Shown: positions 1-7,015 of the stretch, one piece after another
Layout of the letters: the number at the start of each line of letters is the position of its first letter
Position numbering within the stretch: position 1 is the stretch's first letter
DNA from: a virus
Taxonomy: Duplodnaviria; Heunggongvirae; Uroviricota; Caudoviricetes
DNA: 64,000 nt
Reading direction: 5' to 3' (one strand)
Virus record (IMG/VR): IMGVR_UViG_3300042569_003232
Coordinates: 64,001-128,000 of that record
Notes under the pieces: model-generated
What the model was told of the DNA's origin: nothing
Database searches by the model: none
What the model saw: only the letters and a program-made list of their open reading frames with translations
Position numbers and translations under genes: made by a program

Positions 1-7
1 AAATAAT

Positions 8-403
8 ATGAAAATTAGTAAAAAAATACTATTAATAATTACATCTTTTTCCATTATAAGCGTTTTTAGTGGAGCAATAGCATATGGTTTAAATGCAATA
101 TATAATATTCCTTTTTGGGCAGTTTTTTGGATTGCCAATAGTTTGCAAATTGCATGGAGTATTTATCGTGATCAATACTTGGAAGGAAGAAAGATTACAA
201 ATGCAATCACTGAATATTCTAAAAAACCATATAAAAAATATTATATTCCTCTTAATTGCGCTCATTGTGGACATAAAAATGAAATCGAAATTGATTTGAC
301 TGATACGGAATTTCGGTGTGAAAATTGCAAAAAGTTTAATGGAATTCATACAAATTTCATGACTGCGGCAATTACAGAACCGATTATCAATCCTGAATTA
401 TGA
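8..403 (+). CDS. Membrane protein with C-terminal zinc ribbon
   Basis: Two N-terminal hydrophobic segments; CAHC...CENC motif. Confidence 0.75.
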   Translation: MKISKKILLIITSFSIISVFSGAIAYGLNAIYNIPFWAVFWIANSLQIAWSIYRDQYLEGRKITNAITEYSKKPYKKYYIPLNCAHCGHKNEIEIDLTDTEFRCENCKKFNGIHTNFMTAAITEPIINPEL

Positions 404-840
404 GTTACTTTAAACCAGATTATGATTATGATCCATTAGATCGTTCGGCAATTCCTAATAATCTAGCAGAAAAATCAAATATTTCAGATATAAATATTGC
501 CAGAGAAAATTTACATTATGCAATTAACGATTTATTGAGAAGTATTCCTGATGCAAACTTGGTTCATTTTTCAAAAGCGACAAATTTAACATTTCGCACA
601 AATGTTAATGTTTTTGATAGTGCATCTTTTTTTAGAAAGTTTTGCGATTCATATTTTTTCTCGTTTAAAAAAACCTTTCCGCATTTAAAAGAAAGTGAAT
701 TAGAAGAACTTAGAAATTCTTTTGAAACAATTGAAAAACTTATTGACAAATTTTCAAAAGAGGGTAATGTAGAAAACAAATTTTTGCTTCCGCTTCTTTT
801 AGGAGCATTAGCAGGAATTTTGAATTACGAAAATTATTAA
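400..840 (+). CDS. Hypothetical protein
   Basis: 146-aa ORF, ATGA overlap with upstream gene. Confidence 0.75.
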   Translation: MSYFKPDYDYDPLDRSAIPNNLAEKSNISDINIARENLHYAINDLLRSIPDANLVHFSKATNLTFRTNVNVFDSASFFRKFCDSYFFSFKKTFPHLKESELEELRNSFETIEKLIDKFSKEGNVENKFLLPLLLGALAGILNYENY

Positions 841-843
841 AAC

Positions 844-1389
844 ATGGAAGACTTATCATCAATTATATTACCCGACTTATCAAAAAATAAAGTTAAAAGG
901 GCGAAACCTGCTAAAACAGTTCTTGTTGAAAAACAAGAACTTTCTCGCGTTAATCGAACAGTAACCTGCGGCTTTTGCGAAAATGAAAAAATACTAAATC
1001 CAGATCAATATCAATCTCTTTTTGAATCTCTTGGAAGTGAAGAAAAAATTCAAGAAGAATTCATGTGTAAATCATGTGAAGTAAGCATGAGGCGCAATCC
1101 GTTTGATTTCTGGACTCGTTATGGAGAACATTATCAAACCTTATCAAAAAGTTTGCGTCAAATTTTTGATCGGTATGCAGCATCAAATCGAACAAGTAAT
1201 GATGCACTAATACTTCAAAATTCTACTTTTGATGTTATAAAAAATTGTAAAATTCTACCAGAAAATATAGAATTTGTTATTGACAATCTTAATCCAGTAG
1301 CATTAAAAATTAAAAGTGTTCCTTTTGTTGGTGAAGTTCTTTTAAGAATATATGAACCCAAAAATTCAAGAATTCGTATCACAGGATAA
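844..1389 (+). CDS. Hypothetical protein with CxxC pairs
   Basis: CGFC...CKSC; operon packing. Confidence 0.75.
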   Translation: MEDLSSIILPDLSKNKVKRAKPAKTVLVEKQELSRVNRTVTCGFCENEKILNPDQYQSLFESLGSEEKIQEEFMCKSCEVSMRRNPFDFWTRYGEHYQTLSKSLRQIFDRYAASNRTSNDALILQNSTFDVIKNCKILPENIEFVIDNLNPVALKIKSVPFVGEVLLRIYEPKNSRIRITG

Positions 1390-1675
1390 TTATCCAATTA
1401 AAAAAGCGGAGGACATGAATGTCGAGGAGGTTAGTAAATGGATGGCACTTTGCAATGCATTGAAGTTTATAAATCATACAAGTCAATTAACAGGTGTAGT
1501 AGTTGAAGAAAAGGACATAGATTATAGAGAGGTTCTTCATTATATAGATTCAGTTGGAGGTGATATTGAAACATGTTTGAAAAAATTAAAAGGAATACCG
1601 TTTAAGTATTCATTATCACTAGAATTAGAAGATTCTATAGATTTTGCAGAAATAAATTACGAATACATAATTTAA
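1352..1675 (+). CDS. Hypothetical protein
   Basis: 107-aa ORF ending just before a terminator. Confidence 0.7.
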   Translation: MNPKIQEFVSQDNYPIKKAEDMNVEEVSKWMALCNALKFINHTSQLTGVVVEEKDIDYREVLHYIDSVGGDIETCLKKLKGIPFKYSLSLELEDSIDFAEINYEYII

Positions 1676-1710
1676 AAAAAGACCCGGAAGTTTTCTTCCG
1701 GGTCTTTTTT
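1674..1710. terminator. Intrinsic terminator, possibly bidirectional
   Basis: A7-GACCCGGAAG-TTTT-CTTCCGGGTC-T6. Confidence 0.85.
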
Positions 1711-1731
1711 ATTAAAAACCATTTCTTATGA

Positions 1732-1737
1732 TAAATA
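1732..1737 (+). promoter_or_regulatory. T4-like late promoter motif TAAATA
   Basis: 6 nt upstream of tail tube ATG; gp55 encoded in window. Confidence 0.6.
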
Positions 1738-1743
1738 ATTATT

Positions 1744-2412
1744 ATGGCACTAGGCAGTATTAAAAAAGCAATGCAAGTTTTTAGTCAACACGACTTCTCA
1801 CGTAACTTCCAATTAAGACTTTTGGACATGAATAATGTTCCAGATTATGTTCGTAGAGAATTGATTGACCAAGAGGGACGGGTTTATATAACAAGTTCCA
1901 GCATTCCGGGTCGCAGTATTCAAAACATTGATATTCCTTATCAAGGTTTTAATTTTAAAGTTCCGGGTCAAGTAGCATATGACAACAATCCTTGGACATT
2001 AACTTTCCGCACAGCAGGAGACTTTCTTGCTCGTAATGCTTTGGAACGTTGGAGCTTTGAGACTGCTAATGATGAAACAAGCTGTGGCAAGTTTAATCTT
2101 CCTTGTGAAAACACAAGTATTGATATTGCGGTTTTATCACCAAAATGTCAAATTATTCGTGTTTACCGATTACATGGTGTTTATATTCAAAATGTTAGCG
2201 AAATCTCATACAATCAGGAAAGCGTAGATGGAACAACCTTTACTGCGGCATTTCATTATCAATACTGGCGACCAGCACAAGGTTATGACACCGGAATTGT
2301 TGATTCTACAAATGTGAATAATAACCTAATTGATGATGTGTTTTCAACTTACGAAAGTAAAATTCAACAAACAACAGGAGATTGTCCGCCAACTGGAATA
2401 CCAAGATTATAA
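1744..2412 (+). CDS. gp19: Tail tube protein, T4 gp19-like
   Basis: SSSIPGRSIQNIDIPYQGFNFKVPG, W-x-LTF, YRLHGVY...VSEISY, F-x-YQYW pattern of gp19 family. Confidence 0.8.
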   Translation: MALGSIKKAMQVFSQHDFSRNFQLRLLDMNNVPDYVRRELIDQEGRVYITSSSIPGRSIQNIDIPYQGFNFKVPGQVAYDNNPWTLTFRTAGDFLARNALERWSFETANDETSCGKFNLPCENTSIDIAVLSPKCQIIRVYRLHGVYIQNVSEISYNQESVDGTTFTAAFHYQYWRPAQGYDTGIVDSTNVNNNLIDDVFSTYESKIQQTTGDCPPTGIPRL

Positions 2413-2420
2413 AAAAAAAT

Positions 2421-2452
2421 AAAAAAGGGAGAATTTAAATTCTCCCTTTTTT
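2421..2452. terminator. Bidirectional intrinsic terminator
   Basis: AAAAAAGGGAGAAT/ATTCTCCCTTTTTT between convergent genes. Confidence 0.85.
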
Positions 2453-2456
2453 ATTT

Positions 2457-3092
2457 TTACTTTTTCAAATATTTCTTTTTTACAATTGTTTGTAGATTGT
2501 AAAATTGGCTAACTTCTGGAATGATTTTATGACGAATCCAATTTCTTCGGTATTTTACTTCAACATTTGTTTCATCTTCAATTACATACTTTTCTAAATT
2601 CTCTTTTGAAATATATTTTAAAATTTGTTCTTTTGTTGAAATTAAAAAAGGACGAAAAACACAAAAACCCAAAAGTTTATATTCCGTTTCATTAGGAATT
2701 GGTAGATATTCCGGTGTTCCGTTAAAGCAGTTCATCAAGTAACTTTCTACTGCATCATCCAAGTGATGCCCTGTAATGACGTTTCCTTGCCCCTTAAACG
2801 ACTGGTAACGTAGGAGACGTAGTTCTGCCTCACTATATGAAATCTCCTTCTCAGCCCTTTCTCGCACGTTTACAGTCAGCGGAATATTATAATCACTGCA
2901 AAAAATTTCAGCATTCTTTTGCATGTCAAAATTTTGACTACGAAGATTGTGATTATAATGAATTGCAGATAAATTTAATTTAGGATATTTCGTTTTTAGA
3001 AAATGAAGAATTGCAATGCTGTCTGCACCGCTACTAAGTGCAACAACTGCTTTTGGATAAACTTTCTTCAAAACATTGCTCATGAATCTCAT
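2457..3092 (-). CDS. tilS: tRNA(Ile)-lysidine synthetase, N-terminal PP-loop domain only
   Basis: ALSSGADS PP-loop, HYNHNLR, R-x-LRY, TGHHLDDAVES, RPFL, YRRNWIRH. Confidence 0.9.
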   Translation of the reverse strand: MRFMSNVLKKVYPKAVVALSSGADSIAILHFLKTKYPKLNLSAIHYNHNLRSQNFDMQKNAEIFCSDYNIPLTVNVRERAEKEISYSEAELRLLRYQSFKGQGNVITGHHLDDAVESYLMNCFNGTPEYLPIPNETEYKLLGFCVFRPFLISTKEQILKYISKENLEKYVIEDETNVEVKYRRNWIRHKIIPEVSQFYNLQTIVKKKYLKK

Positions 3093-3126
3093 AAACTATG
3101 CTACGAGATTCCTGAAAAATGTCAAC

Positions 3127-3163
3127 AAAAAAAGCCCGCCATGTTTCCATGGCGGGCTTTTTT
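3127..3163. terminator. Intrinsic terminator
   Basis: AAAAAAAGCCCGCCATG/CATGGCGGGCTTTTTT. Confidence 0.85.
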
Positions 3164-3177
3164 ATTATTGGTTAGAT

Positions 3178-3561
3178 TTAGAGGTATCGTTCAATATAAC
3201 TTGCAATCCAATTGAATGACATTTTCTTATGGTTATTAAGGTGGTTAATCTTTTCAAGAATTGGAGATTTGCCACACAATTCCCTTGGAACAAAGTTCCA
3301 AGTACCATTGAAATATTCTTTATCCCCCAAAATATAGTCTGGAACACCAGAAGTCCTGAATGCTACTCCAACTGGTGAGTATGAGTCTGTATGAGCGCAA
3401 TAAAGTTTTCCATTTTGGGATTGAATATAATTACCGCTTCGAAGGGCATCCACCCAGCGTTTCTTGAATCCTGCACTGAGCTTAGGAAGAGTTTTAGTTT
3501 GTTTAGTTTTAGAGTTCATCATAGTTGAATTTGTGGTAGATTTAATAGTCATGCTGTACAT
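3178..3561 (-). CDS. Hypothetical phage protein
   Basis: KKRWVDALRSGNYIQ motif; own promoter upstream. Confidence 0.75.
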   Translation of the reverse strand: MYSMTIKSTTNSTMMNSKTKQTKTLPKLSAGFKKRWVDALRSGNYIQSQNGKLYCAHTDSYSPVGVAFRTSGVPDYILGDKEYFNGTWNFVPRELCGKSPILEKINHLNNHKKMSFNWIASYIERYL

Positions 3562-3570
3562 AAGAGTGAT

Positions 3571-3598
3571 AATATAAGTGATTTTAGGGGTTTGTCAA
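3571..3598 (-). promoter_or_regulatory. Sigma70-type promoter TTGACA-N16-TATATT
   Basis: Direct motif match. Confidence 0.7.
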
Positions 3599-3627
3599 TG
3601 TGATTTTTGCTTGTTTTTCGTAAATTT

Positions 3628-3846
3628 TTAGGTCAACCGTTTCATTATTCGTCCTTTTTCCAAATCAATTGGACTCATTTCAATTTGAACATTATCTGCT
3701 AATTCTAGTTTAACAAATCGTTTGCTCATTTTCCCACATAAATAACATAATATTTCTTTTTCAGTGTTTTTCAATAAAACACGATACATTGCATTTGGCA
3801 GAATTTTTGTAACACTACCTGTTACAGTTATTAGATCCTTTTTCAT
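3628..3846 (-). CDS. infA: Translation initiation factor IF-1 (start corrected to 3846)
   Basis: MKKDLITVTGSVTKILPNAMYRV...CYLCGKM...V-x-IEMSPIDLEKGRI; upstream part of the track ORF is tRNA. Confidence 0.9.
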   Translation of the reverse strand: MKKDLITVTGSVTKILPNAMYRVLLKNTEKEILCYLCGKMSKRFVKLELADNVQIEMSPIDLEKGRIMKRLT

Positions 3847-3859
3847 TTTTAGTAAAAAT

Positions 3860-3944
3860 TGGTGGGTATAGTAGGACTTGAACCTACACGGCTTTCGCCA
3901 CCAGCTTCTAAGGCTGGCGTGGCTACCAATTACACCATATACCC
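3860..3944 (-). tRNA. trnL: tRNA-Leu(TAG)
   Basis: CCAGC-CTTAGAA-GCTGG arm, long variable arm, CCA. Confidence 0.9.
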
Positions 3945-3946
3945 AA

Positions 3947-4021
3947 TGGTCGGTCTTGAGAAAATCGAATTCCCATCTCAACGTTCGTAGCGTTGCGTAC
4001 TATCCATTATACTAAAGACCG
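3947..4021 (-). tRNA. trnR: tRNA-Arg(ACG)
   Basis: CAACG-CTACGAA-CGTTG, CCA. Confidence 0.9.
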
Positions 4022-4024
4022 AAA

Positions 4025-4098
4025 TGGTATCCCGAATAGGAATCGAACCTATGACACAGACATGTAAAATCTGGGTTTTACCATTAAACTATCAAGAC
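4025..4098 (-). tRNA. trnV: tRNA-Val(TAC)
   Basis: CAGAT-TTTACAT-GTCTG, CCA. Confidence 0.85.
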
Positions 4099-4101
4099 AA
4101 A

Positions 4102-4190
4102 TGGTGGGAGAATCAAGAATCGAACTTGCTGCCGGACCACCTTACAAATTGAGGCAATGGATTTACAGTCCACCGTAAGGAAATCCTCCC
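4102..4190 (-). tRNA. trnY: tRNA-Tyr(GTA), atypical (D-arm nearly absent, enlarged variable region)
   Basis: GTGGA-CTGTAAA-TCCAT arm, GGGAGGA/TTCTCCC acceptor, TTCGATT T-loop, ACCA. Confidence 0.7.
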
Positions 4191-4233
4191 AGAAATATAA
4201 GAGTATTTTACTACTCTTATATTTTATTACTTA

Positions 4234-4728
4234 TCAGAACTTGAATCCGACTCCTGCACGAATACTGACCACACCATCAGATTCGCTATCTTCCACGGTA
4301 AACACATATGCAGCATCTGCAAATACATTAACAGTTTGAGATAGTGCAAGACTCACACCACCACCTGTTTTTACACCCCACTGGTCCGTTTCAAAATCGT
4401 ATGCACCACCTGCAAGTGCATAAACGGAAACATTCTTATAAACAGGAACATAATAAAGAAGATTGCCACCAAGGCTATAAACTTCATCTTCAAGAACTGA
4501 ACCAACGAGTTCCGCCTTCAGATTTCCCACAACAGGAACTTCAAGCGATACTCCACCGCCAACGGCTTCTTCACTATTGTCAAGAACAACACTTGCGAAA
4601 GCCTTTGCAGTAACTCCGAAACTAGTATCCTCAACCGGGGTTGGAGGGACAACCGTTGGAGTGCCTGCATTTACAGGAGCGACGAATGCTGCAAGAGCAA
4701 CTACGATAGATGTAATCATGTTTTTCAT
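4234..4728 (-). CDS. Outer-membrane beta-barrel protein (8-stranded OmpA/Opa-like)
   Basis: Signal peptide, alternating amphipathic strands, C-terminal RAGVGFKF. Confidence 0.8.
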   Translation of the reverse strand: MKNMITSIVVALAAFVAPVNAGTPTVVPPTPVEDTSFGVTAKAFASVVLDNSEEAVGGGVSLEVPVVGNLKAELVGSVLEDEVYSLGGNLLYYVPVYKNVSVYALAGGAYDFETDQWGVKTGGGVSLALSQTVNVFADAAYVFTVEDSESDGVVSIRAGVGFKF

Positions 4729-4772
4729 AATTTATTTTTTGTTTTGTTGTGGCTTTTAACTTCCACAAAATT

Positions 4773-4800
4773 ACTTTACTCAGAAAAGAAGCGTTGTCAA
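4773..4800 (-). promoter_or_regulatory. Sigma70-type promoter TTGACA-N16-TAAAGT
   Basis: Direct motif match upstream of OMP gene. Confidence 0.7.
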
Positions 4801-4817
4801 GTAAATTTCTGAGAAAA

Positions 4818-4910
4818 TGGTATTTCCGGCTGGATTCGAACCAGCAAATTCGCGCTCTAGAAAAAATGTTTTACCAATGAAAGTTGTACTTTCAATTAAA
4901 CTACAGAAAT
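4818..4910 (-). pseudogene. tRNA-like element, unpaired anticodon stem and hairpin inserted in D-loop
   Basis: Acceptor ATTTCTG/CGGAAAT-ACCA and T-arm GCTGG-TTCGAAT-CCAGC intact. Confidence 0.6.
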
Positions 4911-4915
4911 AAAAT

Positions 4916-4991
4916 TGGTGGTTCTGGCAGGATTTGAACCTGCTACCCCTTCCTTATCAAGGAAACGCTCTACCGAGTGAGCTACAGAACC
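4916..4991 (-). tRNA. trnI: tRNA-Ile(GAT)
   Basis: TTCC-TTGATAA-GGAA, CCA. Confidence 0.9.
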
Positions 4992-4993
4992 AT

Positions 4994-5326
4994 TTAAAAT
5001 GAGAATTTTATTTGACCATTATTGCGAACTTTTATTTTATATTTCTTGTTTTTTTTCATCAATGATAATTTTTGTTTTGTTTCTTCGGTATGTCCGTGAA
5101 GACTCGCACCGAATTTTTTACCTTTTTGTCTTTCTGACATTTTTCTAAATCTTTCATCATTATGTTTATTTAAACCTTTTGACCAACTAGATGTACCTTT
5201 TTTAGCATGAGCGTTTGGAGATTTTTTTCTTTTTATGCGAGACGGATTTTCAACACAATATGGTGAGTGTGCTGCTAATCCTCCTTTATTTTTAATTTTT
5301 CGTTGACAATATTCACATGTATACAT
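4994..5326 (-). CDS. Zn-finger/NUMOD3 protein, probable truncated homing endonuclease
   Basis: CEYC...H..YC and HTEETKQKLS NUMOD3 motif; no nuclease domain visible. Confidence 0.6.
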   Translation of the reverse strand: MYTCEYCQRKIKNKGGLAAHSPYCVENPSRIKRKKSPNAHAKKGTSSWSKGLNKHNDERFRKMSERQKGKKFGASLHGHTEETKQKLSLMKKNKKYKIKVRNNGQIKFSF

Positions 5327-5368
5327 GTGAATATTTATTCAACAATCAAGAATATTTCGATAAACCAA

Positions 5369-5457
5369 TGGCGGGAAGCTGAGGAATCGAACCCCAACCT
5401 TTTTTAGAGATCCCTCGGTTTTCAAGACCGCGACAAGCCCAGCTTGCATAACCTCCC
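5369..5457 (-). tRNA. trnS: tRNA-Ser(TGA)
   Basis: CGGT-CTTGAAA-ACCG, long variable arm, G73-CCA. Confidence 0.85.
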
Positions 5458-5463
5458 GTAGCT

Positions 5464-5491
5464 ACTATACATTGTCTCTTGAGACTTGCAA
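5464..5491 (-). promoter_or_regulatory. Sigma70-type promoter TTGCAA-N16-TATAGT
   Basis: Motif match just upstream of tRNA-Ser. Confidence 0.6.
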
Positions 5492-5537
5492 CAGAAATTT
5501 TATATTTTAGTAGCCTTTTAGTAATTTTATCCGTCCA

Positions 5538-5840
5538 TTATCCTATAAAATGAGAACCTAATTTTCGTCCACCATTCTCATCATCTAATATCTTTACTCC
5601 GGGAACATAAGTCAATGCTTCTGCAAGGGCATAGGAACCGTCTAAGTTCTTTTGTTGAGTAGTAACTTGAACTACGCAACCACCGGGAACTTCCATTGCT
5701 TTTGTGCTTTTCATCCATCCCTCATTTTCAGAAGATGCTTTACAAAGTAATTTAAAAGTATCTCCGTTTCCTACTACTTTAATGTCAGGAACGTTGATTT
5801 TTGCTCCTGATATGTCTGAATTGTGTAATGTTTTTGTCAT
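5538..5840 (-). CDS. Conserved hypothetical phage protein
   Basis: LLCKASSENEGWMKSTKAME..GGCVVQVTTQQ motif recurrent in phages. Confidence 0.8.
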   Translation of the reverse strand: MTKTLHNSDISGAKINVPDIKVVGNGDTFKLLCKASSENEGWMKSTKAMEVPGGCVVQVTTQQKNLDGSYALAEALTYVPGVKILDDENGGRKLGSHFIG

Positions 5841-5842
5841 AC

Positions 5843-5916
5843 GGGGGTCTTATCGGGAATCGAACCCGATTGGATAGTTCCACAAACTATGGCATCACCA
5901 AAATGCTTTAAAACCC
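5843..5916 (-). tRNA. trnH: tRNA-His(GTG), CCA not encoded
   Basis: ATAGT-TTGTGGA-ACTAT; TCGGG-TTCGATT-CCCGA. Confidence 0.85.
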
Positions 5917-5920
5917 ATAT

Positions 5921-6205
5921 TTACTTAAACTTATTTTTCCATTTAGTCCAGAAATTTATTTTCTTTAATGGTTTATTTTCTTTTTTAACAGTATATTCAT
6001 ATTCCTTTCCTAATCTAGTTAATAAAATACGCAAAAATAAACCGTGGTATTGTTTGGGAATTCCTGAAAAATCAAAAGTTCCCGAAACTGCATAACCGCA
6101 ATAATTTACTACATTTTCAATTTTTACAACTGGAGGAGTATTCACTGTTAGTGAATCCATTTCAGAAAGTTTAATGCTTACAATTTTTGGTTCTTCCTTA
6201 TTCAT
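5921..6205 (-). CDS. Hypothetical protein
   Basis: 94-aa ORF in co-directional block. Confidence 0.65.
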   Translation of the reverse strand: MNKEEPKIVSIKLSEMDSLTVNTPPVVKIENVVNYCGYAVSGTFDFSGIPKQYHGLFLRILLTRLGKEYEYTVKKENKPLKKINFWTKWKNKFK

Positions 6206-6211
6206 ATAAGG

Positions 6212-6415
6212 TTAATATGTTGCGTTTAAACTGTCTATTCTTTTTTCCAATTCTTCAATTCTTAATCTTAGTTTTTCGATTTTATCTTGAAGAGGAGAAT
6301 TTATCCAAATTAAAAATTCTTCATCTTTTTTTCGTCTACTACATTCTACACAATTTGAATTGTGATGCAAAGTGAATTTTCCACAAATATTACATATTTC
6401 ATTCGTTGCTCTCAT
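6212..6415 (-). CDS. Small zinc-ribbon/coiled-coil protein
   Basis: CNIC...CVEC then heptad-like segment. Confidence 0.65.
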   Translation of the reverse strand: MRATNEICNICGKFTLHHNSNCVECSRRKKDEEFLIWINSPLQDKIEKLRLRIEELEKRIDSLNATY

Positions 6416-6623
6416 ATTTCAAATCTTTACTTTTTTCTATACTATATGTTTTATTAGAATGAACCAAGATTTGATTTGTGAGAAAATTCATTATTTTTCC
6501 GCCATCTTTCAAAACTATTGTCCATACATCGTTTTCATGCATTCCATTTTCTTTTACATAAATTGCATATCCATCTCCTAATGGAGAGATTACTGGTATC
6601 GGATTCTTAAATTCCGTTATCAT
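6399..6623 (-). CDS. Hypothetical phage protein (start corrected to 6623)
   Basis: MITEFKNPIPVISPLGDGYAIYV...NDVW; upstream part overlaps tRNA-Gln. Confidence 0.7.
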   Translation of the reverse strand: MITEFKNPIPVISPLGDGYAIYVKENGMHENDVWTIVLKDGGKIMNFLTNQILVHSNKTYSIEKSKDLKYESNE

Positions 6624-6626
6624 TTT

Positions 6627-6700
6627 TGGTAGCCCCTGCTGGTTACGATCCAACGCTATTCGGATCAAAACCGAATGTACTACCATTATACTAAAGGGCC
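6627..6700 (-). tRNA. trnQ: tRNA-Gln(TTG)
   Basis: TTCGG-TTTTGAT-CCGAA; variant T-loop ATCGTAA; CCA. Confidence 0.85.
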
Positions 6701-6703
6701 AAA

Positions 6704-6758
6704 TTCAGATTCCAATTTTGTTTCTATACCAAGAATATTTTGTTGCGGTTTGGAATCT
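6704..6758 (-). ncRNA. Hairpin array unit C
   Basis: AGATTCCAA-ACCGCAA-...-TTGGAATCT-GAA. Confidence 0.65.
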
Positions 6759-6760
6759 TT

Positions 6761-6885
6761 TTCAGATTAATATTTTTTTACGGTTCGGGGTGTTGCCATT
6801 ACACTACAACATTACTAGAATGTTGGAAGGAATCGAACCTTCTTTACCAATTGGGATTGTAAGTTTTTATTGCAGTTATTAATCT
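6761..6885 (-). ncRNA. Hairpin array unit B carrying a circularly permuted tRNA module (Y RNA/YrlA-like)
   Basis: AGATTAATA-ACTGCAA ... T-arm, closed acceptor hairpin, D-arm ... TATTAATCT-GAA. Confidence 0.7.
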
Positions 6886-6887
6886 TA

Positions 6888-6949
6888 TTCAGAAGTGTTT
6901 TATCGTCAAAGTAAAAGTTTGATTTTTTTATGTTTGCTGTAACACTTCT
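6888..6949 (-). ncRNA. Hairpin array unit A
   Basis: AGAAGTGTT-ACAGCAA-...-AACACTTCT-GAA. Confidence 0.65.
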
Positions 6950-6960
6950 TGTATATCCTT

Positions 6961-6988
6961 ACTTTACCACTTTTCTCAGAGAAGTCAA
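6961..6988 (-). promoter_or_regulatory. Sigma70-type promoter TTGACT-N16-TAAAGT driving the hairpin array
   Basis: Motif match 11 nt upstream of unit A. Confidence 0.7.
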
Positions 6989-7015
6989 GACTTTTTTGAA
7001 GAATCTTGTACTCAT

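Noticed and set aside
3847-3981. N-terminal extensions of track ORFs (infA; also ORFs ending at 6399, 13770, 19710, 20496, 20834)
   Set aside because: They run through tRNA or tRNA-like genes; downstream ATGs give sensible proteins.
4818-4910. Amber suppressor tRNA and TAG recoding
   Set aside because: The CTA reading has no paired stem. Long genes are intact under the standard code, TAG ends ORF 44054, and read-through at 20496 would not restore a long frame.
5369-5457. tRNA-Sec or opal suppressor
   Set aside because: Anticodon TGA reads TCA (Ser); Sec needs anticodon TCA. The acceptor stem is 7 bp.
6704-6949. CRISPR array reading of the three-unit repeat
   Set aside because: Stems differ in sequence and wrap around the variable part instead of alternating with spacers; no cas genes in the window.
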